A DNA stretch of 64,000 nucleotides, taken from the IMG/VR virus record IMGVR_UViG_3300043256_000135, positions 12,450 through 76,449 of that record; one strand, written 5' to 3'. This document shows positions 24,593-33,751 of the stretch, piece after piece. The stretch's first letter is position 1; every line of letters starts with the position of its first letter. The stretch is from a virus. The notes beneath the pieces were generated by a model, which worked only from the letters and a program-made list of their open reading frames with translations, had not been told where the DNA came from and ran no database searches. The position numbers and the translations under genes are program-made.

Positions 24593-24934
24593 ATGAATCA
24601 CCACGACTTCCGATCCACCCCGGACCTTAGCTGGATAGACTCATTGTTCGCCTGCCCGGGTCGGCTTGAGCTGTTTGGTCCGGACGATTGCCCCATACCC
24701 GGCAGCCAGCGGCTGTTGAAACCGATCGACCCCACCGGGTATGAGGCAGACCATGCAATTAGTTGTGGAGCGCGCTATGAAGCCTTCTACCCCAAGAATA
24801 GATGCGGACGCCGGACCCCAATCTCACATTACCGGGTTACTGGTGGGGACATGGAGGATGGATTGCAGGCATTCTTGCAAGAATTCGTAAAGACCGATCG
24901 TGATACTCTGATGGTCTACATCCCACAGCCCTAG
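24593..24934 (+). CDS. Hypothetical protein
   Basis: 113 aa; GAGG RBS; converges on the tail-tip gene. Confidence 0.6.
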   Translation: MNHHDFRSTPDLSWIDSLFACPGRLELFGPDDCPIPGSQRLLKPIDPTGYEADHAISCGARYEAFYPKNRCGRRTPISHYRVTGGDMEDGLQAFLQEFVKTDRDTLMVYIPQP

Positions 24935-27852
24935 GCACTGAACGTCCCGTACGCCACCCGGACGGCACTGGGATTCTCGATCTCCACGAACTGGGGATCC
25001 GGGCTCTCATTCACAGTGTGACGCAGCTCGATGGTGTCCGAGGAGGTCAGGGACGCGGTGACCCCGCTGGTGCCCCCAGCGGTGATGATGACAGACCAAC
25101 TGCCGCCGTTGATGCGGTGCTCCACGTCGCTAGTGGAGTAGGCAGCCCCGATGCGCACTGTGAACACGCCCCCAACGATCGTAGCGTAGCTGTTCGAGAT
25201 GTCCCCGGCCCGCAGGTTCCCGCCCAGGTAGAACAGGCCGTCGTTGACCGACGTGGGCACCACGTCGTGGATGAACGTCTGCCGGCTGGTTAGGTCCACC
25301 TCGGTGCCGATGTCGTGCCGAGTCTCGATCTGCACCCGGATTTCCGTGCCGGCTGCCGCAATCTCTTGAATCTCCAGGCGGTCGATGATGGCGGACAGGC
25401 TGGTGCCGGTGGCCCAAGCGGTCGGGCTGCTGGCGATCTCGGTGTTGACGCCGTCGGGATCCACGAACACCCTCACCCGGAACTCGGTGCTGGCGTCCAC
25501 GCTGGTGTCGTCGGCCAGCATCGCAGCCAGCTCATCGCCGTTGGTGAAGTTGCGCCGGAACCAATCCACATCGAAACCGAAGGTGTTCTCCCCAGCCCCA
25601 CCGTCGCCCTCCACGTCCGGGGCACCGTACTCAGTGGCCCCACCGTTGTACAGGACGGCTGCCGGAGGGTAGGGGCGGATGGTCCGCTTGGCCATGGTCA
25701 GGGCTACCGGGGTCACGGCGCCCGCGTAGGTGGCGATGGACGACCGCATCCGCAATTCGATGTCCACGTTGTTGGTATTGACGAAGTTGGTGTCGGTGAT
25801 GCCCGAGCCCAGGTGGAGCAGGAACACATCGTCGTTCGCCGCATGGGCGACTTGCGCGCTGTCCAGCACGCCGCGGAAGACGCCGTCCAGACTCACGTCA
25901 GGCCCGCTGGTGGTCGCGTCCCGCACCAGCATGAACTCGTCATTGACCATGATCAGTTGGGCCAAATGCTGCCCCAGATCCGAGTCGCTGGCCGTGTCGT
26001 CGAAGGCGGCCTCCAAATCCGTCTGGGAATCAGGGGTCGCATTGATCAGGATGCTGGCAGTCGGATTCGCCACGCCCGCGGTAAGGGCGGCATCCAGCTG
26101 GCCGATCTTCGTGAACTGGAACACCTCACCCGCCTCGGAGTAGGAGCCGGCTGGGGCACCACTCGCGTGTCGCTCCTTGATCAAGAAGGTGACTTCGCCG
26201 CCCTGCCGCCGGGCCGAGCAAATGATCTTGGTAACCGTATCGTCCCCGACGTACTTCGGATCCCGCACCACGATGGCCCGCGGGACTTCTAGAGCCACCA
26301 GCTGCGCGGCCGGATAGGCCACCAGCGAGACAACGGGCGGGGTCCAGCCGGTGGCCGGTGGGGTGCCCATGGACGCAGCAGAGAACTGGAACACATCCTG
26401 AACCACGGACAGAGTCATCTTGTTGGACTGGAGCCGGCCATAGTCGATCCGGGTGATCCGCATGGGCAGCTTCGTGAAGCCCAAGCGGGCGTTTGTCCAC
26501 GCGACCACATCACCGATGGACAGCTCCCACATCTGCCGGTTGACAATCAAGGTGCAGCGGGCCAGGGGGTAACTTTGCGCCCGCAGGGCACGCCATGCGA
26601 AGATGGACGCCAGGGCGCTGTTCTTGCAACCGGGGTAATTGATCTTGGCGCTGACGGTCGAAGCACCCGCGATCGTGCCGTTGCCTTGGATCATAGCATT
26701 CGCCATGTCCTGGGCCAGGGCGAACGACGCCTTGTAGTCGTCGTCGCGCTTGATGTAGCCTACACTGATGGTGTTGGTGGTGTCAGCCCAGCTGCCGCGG
26801 GAGTAGTCACGAACCTCGGACACATTGTCGTCGGTCAGCTGCGGCACAGTATCGATATCGTAGTCAGCTCGGGCCAGCTTGATGGCCCATTTCCCGGTCG
26901 TCTGATCCAGGAAGACCACACCATCAATATGGCGTTGCAGCTCGGCTAGGATTTCCTTGGCCGGCGTTTCCCTGTCCAGCAGCATACTGAAGCCATTGAC
27001 TTCGGTGATCATGGTGTCGGCGGCAGCCAGAAAGTTGGGAAGATCGATGTCGGTGACCGACACCTCTTTCCCGAAGCCCCACTCTTCGTTTGTTAGGATC
27101 TCGTAGATTACGTTCACCGGATTGGCATCCACACCGACTTTGTCCTCACCGGCGCCTTGGCCCGAGAAGATGCCGGTGTATCGCTCCAGCTCAGCCGACC
27201 ACGGTTTGATGGACGTACTCATGCCCAAAGAGGCCCCACGGTTGCTGGCCAGTGGGGCGGCGCTGGTGAACTGCCGGGCGACCATGTAGCATGTGCCCGA
27301 GTAGCGCGGGGCCGTCGGGGTGATGGCCGACGCGACCCGCTGCCGAGCGTCGTCGTTCAGGTAGGCGTTCACGGCCTGGGTGGTGCTACCGGTGTAGAAG
27401 TCGCAGGTAGCCTGCACGCCGCCCTGCCCAAGTTCCTCACCGCCGAAGAGGTCCGGCTTGTCAATGTCGAAAAAAGTGTTGGTCGAAACGGTGCCGGAGA
27501 ATACCTCATCGTCGCCGATCCACACCCGCTTCAGGACCACGTCTGGGCCGCGGCACATAGCGAGCTGCATACCCAGGTGGTAGCGGAAGCCTGTTGTAAT
27601 GCGTTCAGAACTCCATAGACCGGTCTTGATCTTCTCGGTGATGGCGTCCTGGAGTAGGTCGCCAAACCAGATGACGTTGGGGCCCTTCTGGCGCACGCGG
27701 CCCCAGATCAACGGAACGTGGCGATCCTCGGTGGTCGTCGGGAACGTGAAGTCACCCAGGCCCGCGGGGCGTGCATTCTCTATGTTTGGCTTCGGCCGGA
27801 GCAGCTCTGACAGCACGACCGAGATCACGAACAGCAGCAGGGTAGTGAACAT
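24931..27852 (-). CDS. Tail tip / central tail hub protein (lambda J-like)
   Basis: VPLIWG...GPNVIWFGD, NPVNVIYEILT..WG, GKWAIKLARADY, GDVV; position after baseplate genes. Confidence 0.85.
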   Translation of the reverse strand: MFTTLLLFVISVVLSELLRPKPNIENARPAGLGDFTFPTTTEDRHVPLIWGRVRQKGPNVIWFGDLLQDAITEKIKTGLWSSERITTGFRYHLGMQLAMCRGPDVVLKRVWIGDDEVFSGTVSTNTFFDIDKPDLFGGEELGQGGVQATCDFYTGSTTQAVNAYLNDDARQRVASAITPTAPRYSGTCYMVARQFTSAAPLASNRGASLGMSTSIKPWSAELERYTGIFSGQGAGEDKVGVDANPVNVIYEILTNEEWGFGKEVSVTDIDLPNFLAAADTMITEVNGFSMLLDRETPAKEILAELQRHIDGVVFLDQTTGKWAIKLARADYDIDTVPQLTDDNVSEVRDYSRGSWADTTNTISVGYIKRDDDYKASFALAQDMANAMIQGNGTIAGASTVSAKINYPGCKNSALASIFAWRALRAQSYPLARCTLIVNRQMWELSIGDVVAWTNARLGFTKLPMRITRIDYGRLQSNKMTLSVVQDVFQFSAASMGTPPATGWTPPVVSLVAYPAAQLVALEVPRAIVVRDPKYVGDDTVTKIICSARRQGGEVTFLIKERHASGAPAGSYSEAGEVFQFTKIGQLDAALTAGVANPTASILINATPDSQTDLEAAFDDTASDSDLGQHLAQLIMVNDEFMLVRDATTSGPDVSLDGVFRGVLDSAQVAHAANDDVFLLHLGSGITDTNFVNTNNVDIELRMRSSIATYAGAVTPVALTMAKRTIRPYPPAAVLYNGGATEYGAPDVEGDGGAGENTFGFDVDWFRRNFTNGDELAAMLADDTSVDASTEFRVRVFVDPDGVNTEIASSPTAWATGTSLSAIIDRLEIQEIAAAGTEIRVQIETRHDIGTEVDLTSRQTFIHDVVPTSVNDGLFYLGGNLRAGDISNSYATIVGGVFTVRIGAAYSTSDVEHRINGGSWSVIITAGGTSGVTASLTSSDTIELRHTVNESPDPQFVEIENPSAVRVAYGTFSA

Positions 27853-27871
27853 CAGTCCACCCCCCGGGTGC

Positions 27872-28291
27872 CTAGCTGTGCTTGGCTAGGTACTCGATCG
27901 CAGCCTGTAGTCGGTTGGGGTCGTCCTTCATAAAGCCAAGAGCTGTATTGCAGCAACCGCACAGCATCTCGCGAATCTTGCCCGTCTCGTGGCAGTGGTC
28001 CACGTGCAAGCGTCCCCATCGTCGATCTGTGGGCGGCCCGCCGCAGATTGCACATAAGCCGTTCTGCGCGGCTATCATTTCGTCTGCCCTCTCCCGAGTC
28101 ACGCCATGCTGTTGTTTGAAGACTTTTGCGCGAACCTTTTCGGGATTGGCTTGGCGCCACTTCTTGGCCAACTCTGCCATTCGAGCATGTTGTTTCGGCG
28201 TGCGCGGATTTCTTCGGTGCCAATCGCGGTGATACTTCAGCCGCGCCTCTCGCTCCTCTAGCGTCTCGTTCTTTTTCTTTGTTGAGACCAT
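27872..28291 (-). CDS. Endonuclease VII-family (HNH-like) endonuclease
   Basis: CAICG...LHVDHCHETGKIREMLCGCCNTALG. Confidence 0.9.
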   Translation of the reverse strand: MVSTKKKNETLEEREARLKYHRDWHRRNPRTPKQHARMAELAKKWRQANPEKVRAKVFKQQHGVTRERADEMIAAQNGLCAICGGPPTDRRWGRLHVDHCHETGKIREMLCGCCNTALGFMKDDPNRLQAAIEYLAKHS

Positions 28292-28299
28292 GATATTTC

Positions 28300-28311
28300 A
28301 TTATACCACAC
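28300..28311 (-). promoter_or_regulatory. Extended -10 promoter motif GTGTGGTATAAT
   Basis: Consensus TGnTATAAT 8 nt before the endonuclease ATG. Confidence 0.7.
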
Positions 28312-28314
28312 ATC

Positions 28315-29142
28315 CTAGGCAGAGGGAAGTCCATTTTGAAAAAGATCGAAGTTGGGAGTAAAAGCAAATCCACCAAAGTCGGCGACGCGGTCGAAGACTA
28401 GGGCACAGTCGCCTAGGATTAGGTGGTCGCATCCGGCAAAAACTTGCATGTTCAGCCCGGTTGGGTCGACCTGGAAGGGCAGGAACATCGTCAACACATC
28501 ACCGGACTGGGCGGTGATCATGCGAAAGTCGTGGGTGCCGGTCGGCCGGAGATACCCACCAACGAAGTCGAAGCCGGTGGCGCCCGCGCCGGTCACCGTA
28601 ATGGTGTCGCCACTGATGGAGGCAGCTGCACCCAAGTGGTCGAAGTTGGTGGCGATGGCCCCACATGCGGCATCGTAGAGTACATGCTGACACATGGCAG
28701 CATATGTGAAGCGCGGCATGAGCCGGTTCATCGCGGACTCAATCGACCGGATGGCGAACGTGGCGCTGTGCCCGTCGTTCGGAAAGGCGCATGACTGCAC
28801 ATTGCCCTTGAACAGCAGCACCTGGGTATCGAAGGCGGGGACTTCATCGCGCTGGTAGCGGAAGATGTTCAGGCCGGCGCCCTGCCCCGGAGGTACAGTG
28901 ATGTACAGTTGCGCGAACTCATTGTCCGACGGCATGGTGACAGTCAGGTTGCGGTTGGCCTGATCGCTGCCCTGCTCGATCTTGCCCCGTGCGATAGCCA
29001 GCGGCGTGTAAACATCGCCGTCCACGGTCAGCTCATCCTCGGCTGATGTGTAGCGGAAGGCGTCCGAGCCCAGGGTGAACTCGTACAGCTCGATCGGGCG
29101 TGACTCCTCAACGCTCTGTTCTAGGGTATCAAGATCGGCCAT
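28315..29142 (-). CDS. Tail tip/baseplate hub protein (BR0599/DUF2163-like)
   Basis: PIELYEF, CQHVLYD..CG, GCDH...C...FGGF (four Cys). Confidence 0.88.
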   Translation of the reverse strand: MADLDTLEQSVEESRPIELYEFTLGSDAFRYTSAEDELTVDGDVYTPLAIARGKIEQGSDQANRNLTVTMPSDNEFAQLYITVPPGQGAGLNIFRYQRDEVPAFDTQVLLFKGNVQSCAFPNDGHSATFAIRSIESAMNRLMPRFTYAAMCQHVLYDAACGAIATNFDHLGAAASISGDTITVTGAGATGFDFVGGYLRPTGTHDFRMITAQSGDVLTMFLPFQVDPTGLNMQVFAGCDHLILGDCALVFDRVADFGGFAFTPNFDLFQNGLPSA

Positions 29143-29144
29143 GG

Positions 29145-30971
29145 CTAGTTGTCGTCAAAGACTTGGACCACCGGCTGCTGGCAAGTGGCGAGTCCGACGC
29201 GGGGGTGGTTGATCACAAAGTTGTCCGCGCCGAAGCGGCCCAGCTCGTAGAACTGCACGCGGACGATCTCGGCCACAGTCCGGTTCGCGGGCCACGTCGT
29301 ATCCAGAGTGAGTCGCTCAGTCGTGGTGTCCACGTTGGCGACGGACTGCACGATGCGTACCAAGCTGGTGCCGTCGGTGAACGTGATGCGGAACGTATCC
29401 TTGGGCGCTCGCGCGTTGATGAACCGCTCGTACTCAATGTTCTCGATGTCCATCGTGTTGGCGGCGCTGACCAGATCGGCCTTCACTTCCAGGTCCTCGA
29501 TCCAGGTCGGTGTGTAGAATGCCTTCTGGCGGCCGGCCAGAGCGATCAACACGCGGCGGAAATTCAGGGTCTCCAGGCGGCTGCGCAGAACGAAGCCCTT
29601 CTGGTGGTGCCGCTTGTTGCGATCCCAGGTACTGGAGAGGGCGATCAAGCCGGTGCTGTTATCTATACGGTAGATGCGCCGCTTATACTCTTCAGCCATT
29701 TCGCCCGAAACTACGTTGCAATCATCGAACAGCACGCGGCCATTGTATGTCGAGTAGGCGGCGGTGCTGCCGGCCAGGGCCCCAGTATCGTTGTCGTTTA
29801 CCTCGAATCTGATCTTGAACGTCTCCAGATTGTTCTGCGCCCGGGCGGCGGCGACGGTTCCCAGGACCGTGGCTGCCCGCAGGGGCATGATCAGGGTGCC
29901 CACCGGGTAGGCGTTCACGCTCGCGTCGGTGGCGGTGATGGTCGTGGCGGTCAGCGAGTCGATGGTGATCACGTCAAACGTATTCGCATCGGTGATGATC
30001 ACGGCCAGCCCGCCCAAGCGTAGGTCGACCTCATCAGCGTTGGTTACCGGGTATACTGTGGCGCCGGAGCTAACCGCTGCGGTTAGCTCCAGAGCCTCAT
30101 CCCACACCGGGAACCCGAAGACATTGTCGGTCCAATCCATGATGAAGGCTTGCATTCGCTGCCGTTCGTTCGTGGTCAGTTTGTAAATTACCTCGAATAT
30201 CTGGCGCGGCTGCTTTCGCAGGGCGATGCGCTGTTCTTTGCCGGACAAGGCAGTAATGATGTCGGTCAGGAAGGCCAGCGTTTCCTTCACTGGTGCCTCA
30301 TACTGTGTGGGCATCAGGACAATTCGCGTGCCCGAGATGAACAGCTGCGGGGCATCGCTGCTGTCGAAGCTGAAGTCCAGTGTAGTATCGAAGGTTGCTA
30401 GCCCATTCTGTGCGGCGATCACCTCACGCTTGACCATGGTACCTAGCGCCAGGGTGTCGCTCAGGTTGTCGGTCGTCGCGGCGTCCAGCATGGAGGTCTG
30501 GCGTGGCACCACTTCCGGCGTGCTTTCGTCGGGCAAGCTAACGCCCGGCGTCGCATTGTTCGTGATGCTGTCCAGCGTGATGCTCACCTCGCGGTGCGCA
30601 CTGTACATCTCGTAGTCTTCCTGCTTCTGGGTGATGATGTTGCCGAACGCGATCTCGGTTCGAGGCAGGACGTGCACCTTCTCCCACCAGTCGATCATGC
30701 TGGTGGTATGGTCGGCAAAGCTGGCTACAACCACACCCTGCTCGGTACCCGCCGGGCGGGCTACCAGGGTGGGGCGATCCTGGTTGGTGCGCAGCCCACT
30801 GTTGTCGGGCAGGTTGATGAGCACCGCCTCGAATAGACCACTGGTCCCAGGCGTCTGCGTTGGACGACCGAAGCCACCCTCAAACCCCAGGCCCGTCAGG
30901 TACGCGCGGGGGAAGGTGTCTAGTTGCCCATCAGTGAAGATGAACGATGCGCCTTGGTCTACTCCGGCCAT
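29145..30971 (-). CDS. Tail assembly / distal tail protein
   Basis: ETLAFLTDII..SGKEQRIALR.PR, GRQKAFYTPTW; YuA-like tail module. Confidence 0.75.
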   Translation of the reverse strand: MAGVDQGASFIFTDGQLDTFPRAYLTGLGFEGGFGRPTQTPGTSGLFEAVLINLPDNSGLRTNQDRPTLVARPAGTEQGVVVASFADHTTSMIDWWEKVHVLPRTEIAFGNIITQKQEDYEMYSAHREVSITLDSITNNATPGVSLPDESTPEVVPRQTSMLDAATTDNLSDTLALGTMVKREVIAAQNGLATFDTTLDFSFDSSDAPQLFISGTRIVLMPTQYEAPVKETLAFLTDIITALSGKEQRIALRKQPRQIFEVIYKLTTNERQRMQAFIMDWTDNVFGFPVWDEALELTAAVSSGATVYPVTNADEVDLRLGGLAVIITDANTFDVITIDSLTATTITATDASVNAYPVGTLIMPLRAATVLGTVAAARAQNNLETFKIRFEVNDNDTGALAGSTAAYSTYNGRVLFDDCNVVSGEMAEEYKRRIYRIDNSTGLIALSSTWDRNKRHHQKGFVLRSRLETLNFRRVLIALAGRQKAFYTPTWIEDLEVKADLVSAANTMDIENIEYERFINARAPKDTFRITFTDGTSLVRIVQSVANVDTTTERLTLDTTWPANRTVAEIVRVQFYELGRFGADNFVINHPRVGLATCQQPVVQVFDDN

Positions 30972-32080
30972 CAGTTCTTCTTGTACATGATCCCTTGGTG
31001 GATTGATGTATCAGATGCAGTTGGGGAATCGCTTCTTTGGCGAGAGGGGAAGAGCACCCACGTATCGCCACCAATGACAATCTCCTGCTCAGCCGTAAAC
31101 TGGTCGAGGTTGATTCCACGAACGTCAACCATGCCCCCCATTGGGCCAAAAATTGTAGTCGACCCGGCTTGATCCCAGTAGAAGATTGCGATCGGGTAGC
31201 CGGGTAAGAAGCCCTTATCGAGGCTCGGCAGGGCCTGCCCGAAGTCGGTGGCGAACTGGTTGCCGCGGAACCCGCCGACGAACAGCACACGCTCCGTATC
31301 GCTACCGCCCCCAGCGCTCTGTCGGTCCAGGCCCAGATCGGCTTGGTTGCCGCCGACGACGCCCCACAGGCCGGCCCCAGTCTGGAGCGGCAGGCCGTCG
31401 GCCTGGATCGTTGCCATAAACAGTTCCATGCCGTTCGTGGGATCGGGAGAAGAGCCATCTTTCGTGAGGCCATCCAACAAATGTGTGTTGCCAACTCGAA
31501 CTCCGTTGTCGGACGTGGTAGCTGTATGGCGGGCGCCATAGGCGTAGGAGCCGCCGTTCCAATCGTTGAACTTCTGCAACTCGCCGAAGCCGAAGTGCAC
31601 GTACTTTCCGGCGGTCGTCTCCACGACGACGTGGACCGCCTCGACAGGGGTCACCGTGACAAAGGCCCAGTACTGAATCGGGGTATCCCCTGCAAGGTCA
31701 ACCCTGCGCGCGCCTGCGATGGTGGCGTCCGTCGTACTTGCGGCCCCATTGCCGCTGTCATTGTCCTGATCCCAGGGCCCAGCGCGTGTGTCGTTGTAGT
31801 TACCAACTCCGCTGGCGTGGTCGTACTGGTAGATGCCCAGATAACGCGGAGAGCCAGTGTCCCACTGAAACGCCACTTGGATGTCTGGGGTGTTTGTGCC
31901 GAGGGCAACCTTGCTCCACGCGGCCTCGCCGGTGGACGTGTCCACCCCGAGCGTGCCGAGTCCGTCAAGATCCTCGCCGGTCCACGCGGGGTTACCGCCG
32001 CCTCCGAGTGTTAGGAACGTGTCCAACTTGGTCATGAAATCCGCGATGCTGGACGTGGTTTCGTTGATGAAAAGTGCCAT
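30971..32080 (-). CDS. Virion structural (tail) protein
   Basis: 369 aa; HFGFGEL.K, IVIGGDTWVLFP; follows tape measure. Confidence 0.7.
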   Translation of the reverse strand: MALFINETTSSIADFMTKLDTFLTLGGGGNPAWTGEDLDGLGTLGVDTSTGEAAWSKVALGTNTPDIQVAFQWDTGSPRYLGIYQYDHASGVGNYNDTRAGPWDQDNDSGNGAASTTDATIAGARRVDLAGDTPIQYWAFVTVTPVEAVHVVVETTAGKYVHFGFGELQKFNDWNGGSYAYGARHTATTSDNGVRVGNTHLLDGLTKDGSSPDPTNGMELFMATIQADGLPLQTGAGLWGVVGGNQADLGLDRQSAGGGSDTERVLFVGGFRGNQFATDFGQALPSLDKGFLPGYPIAIFYWDQAGSTTIFGPMGGMVDVRGINLDQFTAEQEIVIGGDTWVLFPSRQRSDSPTASDTSIHQGIMYKKN

Positions 32081-32083
32081 GGC

Positions 32084-33751
32084 TTACGTATCCCATTTCC
32101 ACGCGATGTACTGATAGGCGTTCGTGTGGGTGTGGTTGTGGAAGACCAGATAGCGGTCACCGTTGACCGTAATGTAGTCCTCACTGAAGTTGACGATCCG
32201 CGAACCGGTGCCATCATCCGACTCAACCCAGAAGACACCACGAAGCTGGCCATAGAGCTGGTCGCTAGCGGCGTCAGGGGTGGAACTCTCTTGCTTCCGA
32301 AGCGTCAAAGGCCACAGAAAGAACTCGTCGACCGTGCCCGGAATCTTGCGGAGAACCAGCACGGTGGAGCCGCGGTCCAGCTCGAAGACGGAAAGGCTCA
32401 TTTGGATTGATCCAATCGCTACGACCTTGTCGGCGGTCGCACCGATCTCAACCCGCGGGCGACCACAGGGCGTGCAGATGATCTCCTCGAACGTGGGCGT
32501 ACCACTTGCGTTGTCGTTCTGGATGTTCTTGTACACCTGCTCACCGTTGTCCCAGGCCCAGCCGCAACCGCTGCTGATCATGCGGTTCTCGGTTAGGCTG
32601 GTAACGTGGTCGCTGCCCACGGTCGGATCAATGTTGATAGCTCGGGAACTGCCGAAAGTGTAGATCGGATAGGGGGACTCGGTCTCGGTGCCGATGCGGT
32701 TCAGAAGACCAGCGTAGTGCTGGATGTAGATGCCGTTGTCCGACACTGCGGCAGCCTCATCGAGCTGCGTCAGCATAGAAAAGTGCAGGTCATCAGCCTT
32801 CATCCAAAAGTCCATCTCGTCCGTACCGGCGCCGGTGTCCTCCGAGCAGATGATGTAAGACCCGCCGTCGGCGAACGTGGTCTCATCGGTCAGCCCCGGC
32901 GAGCGACCAGTATGGGAGGACAGATCCAGGGCGGGGTTGTGGGCAACCAAGGCCATGGACAGAACAGCGAAGCGGGTATCGAGGCCCGACGTAGCAGTGC
33001 CGGAAAGCAGGGCCGTAAACGGCTTGTTGGTCCAGCCGGCTGCGTCGCCGACCAGCACCACGGACTTTTCATTCAGGACGCTGTTGATGCTGCGATCGTT
33101 CGTGTTCCGACCATCAACCGTCCAGCCGGTCTCAGCCAGGGTGATGTCGACCGTGGCGCCTGTGCCTCCGCCGCCCGTGACGGCCAGTCCGGTCGTGCCG
33201 ATGATGCCGGTTGATCCACCCATGGTGATCGTGCAGCCGGTGCCCGACACACCGTTCGGGCCCACCGCGGTCGTCGCGGTCGGGTAGGACGGCAGCGAGG
33301 AGTAGACGCCACCCCCGCCGGTGCCCAGATCCTCGAACAGGCTGGCCGTGGCCACTGCGCTACCGCTCAGGGTATCGACCTGCACCTTCGCTGGACAGCG
33401 GGACGATCCCGAGTCGAACTCGATGATGTCGCCCACTGCGTAGCCGGTGCCCCCGGCACTGATAGTCACGCTGCCGTTTACACGGTCGCCGAATGCGCCA
33501 TTGCTGTGGATGCGCATGGTCAGGATCTGCCCGGCGCTGACGGTCAGCACCTCGAACTTGGCGTCCAGGTGCGCGCCCGCGTGGGTCAGCTCGACGATGT
33601 CGCCGATCACGTAGGTGCCACCGGTGCCGCCGTTGTTGATCACGACGGTGGCTACGTTGCGGCTAGTGCGGAAGCTGACGATCTTGTTGATCAGGTCGTG
33701 ATAGCTAGTTGCTCGGGCGGTGCCCGAGCCGACTTCGATTTGGCATGGCAT
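32084..33751 (-). CDS. Virion structural (tail) protein with Gly/Thr-rich insertion
   Basis: 555 aa; YGQLRGVFWV...EDYITVNGDRYLVF. Confidence 0.7.
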   Translation of the reverse strand: MPCQIEVGSGTARATSYHDLINKIVSFRTSRNVATVVINNGGTGGTYVIGDIVELTHAGAHLDAKFEVLTVSAGQILTMRIHSNGAFGDRVNGSVTISAGGTGYAVGDIIEFDSGSSRCPAKVQVDTLSGSAVATASLFEDLGTGGGGVYSSLPSYPTATTAVGPNGVSGTGCTITMGGSTGIIGTTGLAVTGGGGTGATVDITLAETGWTVDGRNTNDRSINSVLNEKSVVLVGDAAGWTNKPFTALLSGTATSGLDTRFAVLSMALVAHNPALDLSSHTGRSPGLTDETTFADGGSYIICSEDTGAGTDEMDFWMKADDLHFSMLTQLDEAAAVSDNGIYIQHYAGLLNRIGTETESPYPIYTFGSSRAINIDPTVGSDHVTSLTENRMISSGCGWAWDNGEQVYKNIQNDNASGTPTFEEIICTPCGRPRVEIGATADKVVAIGSIQMSLSVFELDRGSTVLVLRKIPGTVDEFFLWPLTLRKQESSTPDAASDQLYGQLRGVFWVESDDGTGSRIVNFSEDYITVNGDRYLVFHNHTHTNAYQYIAWKWDT

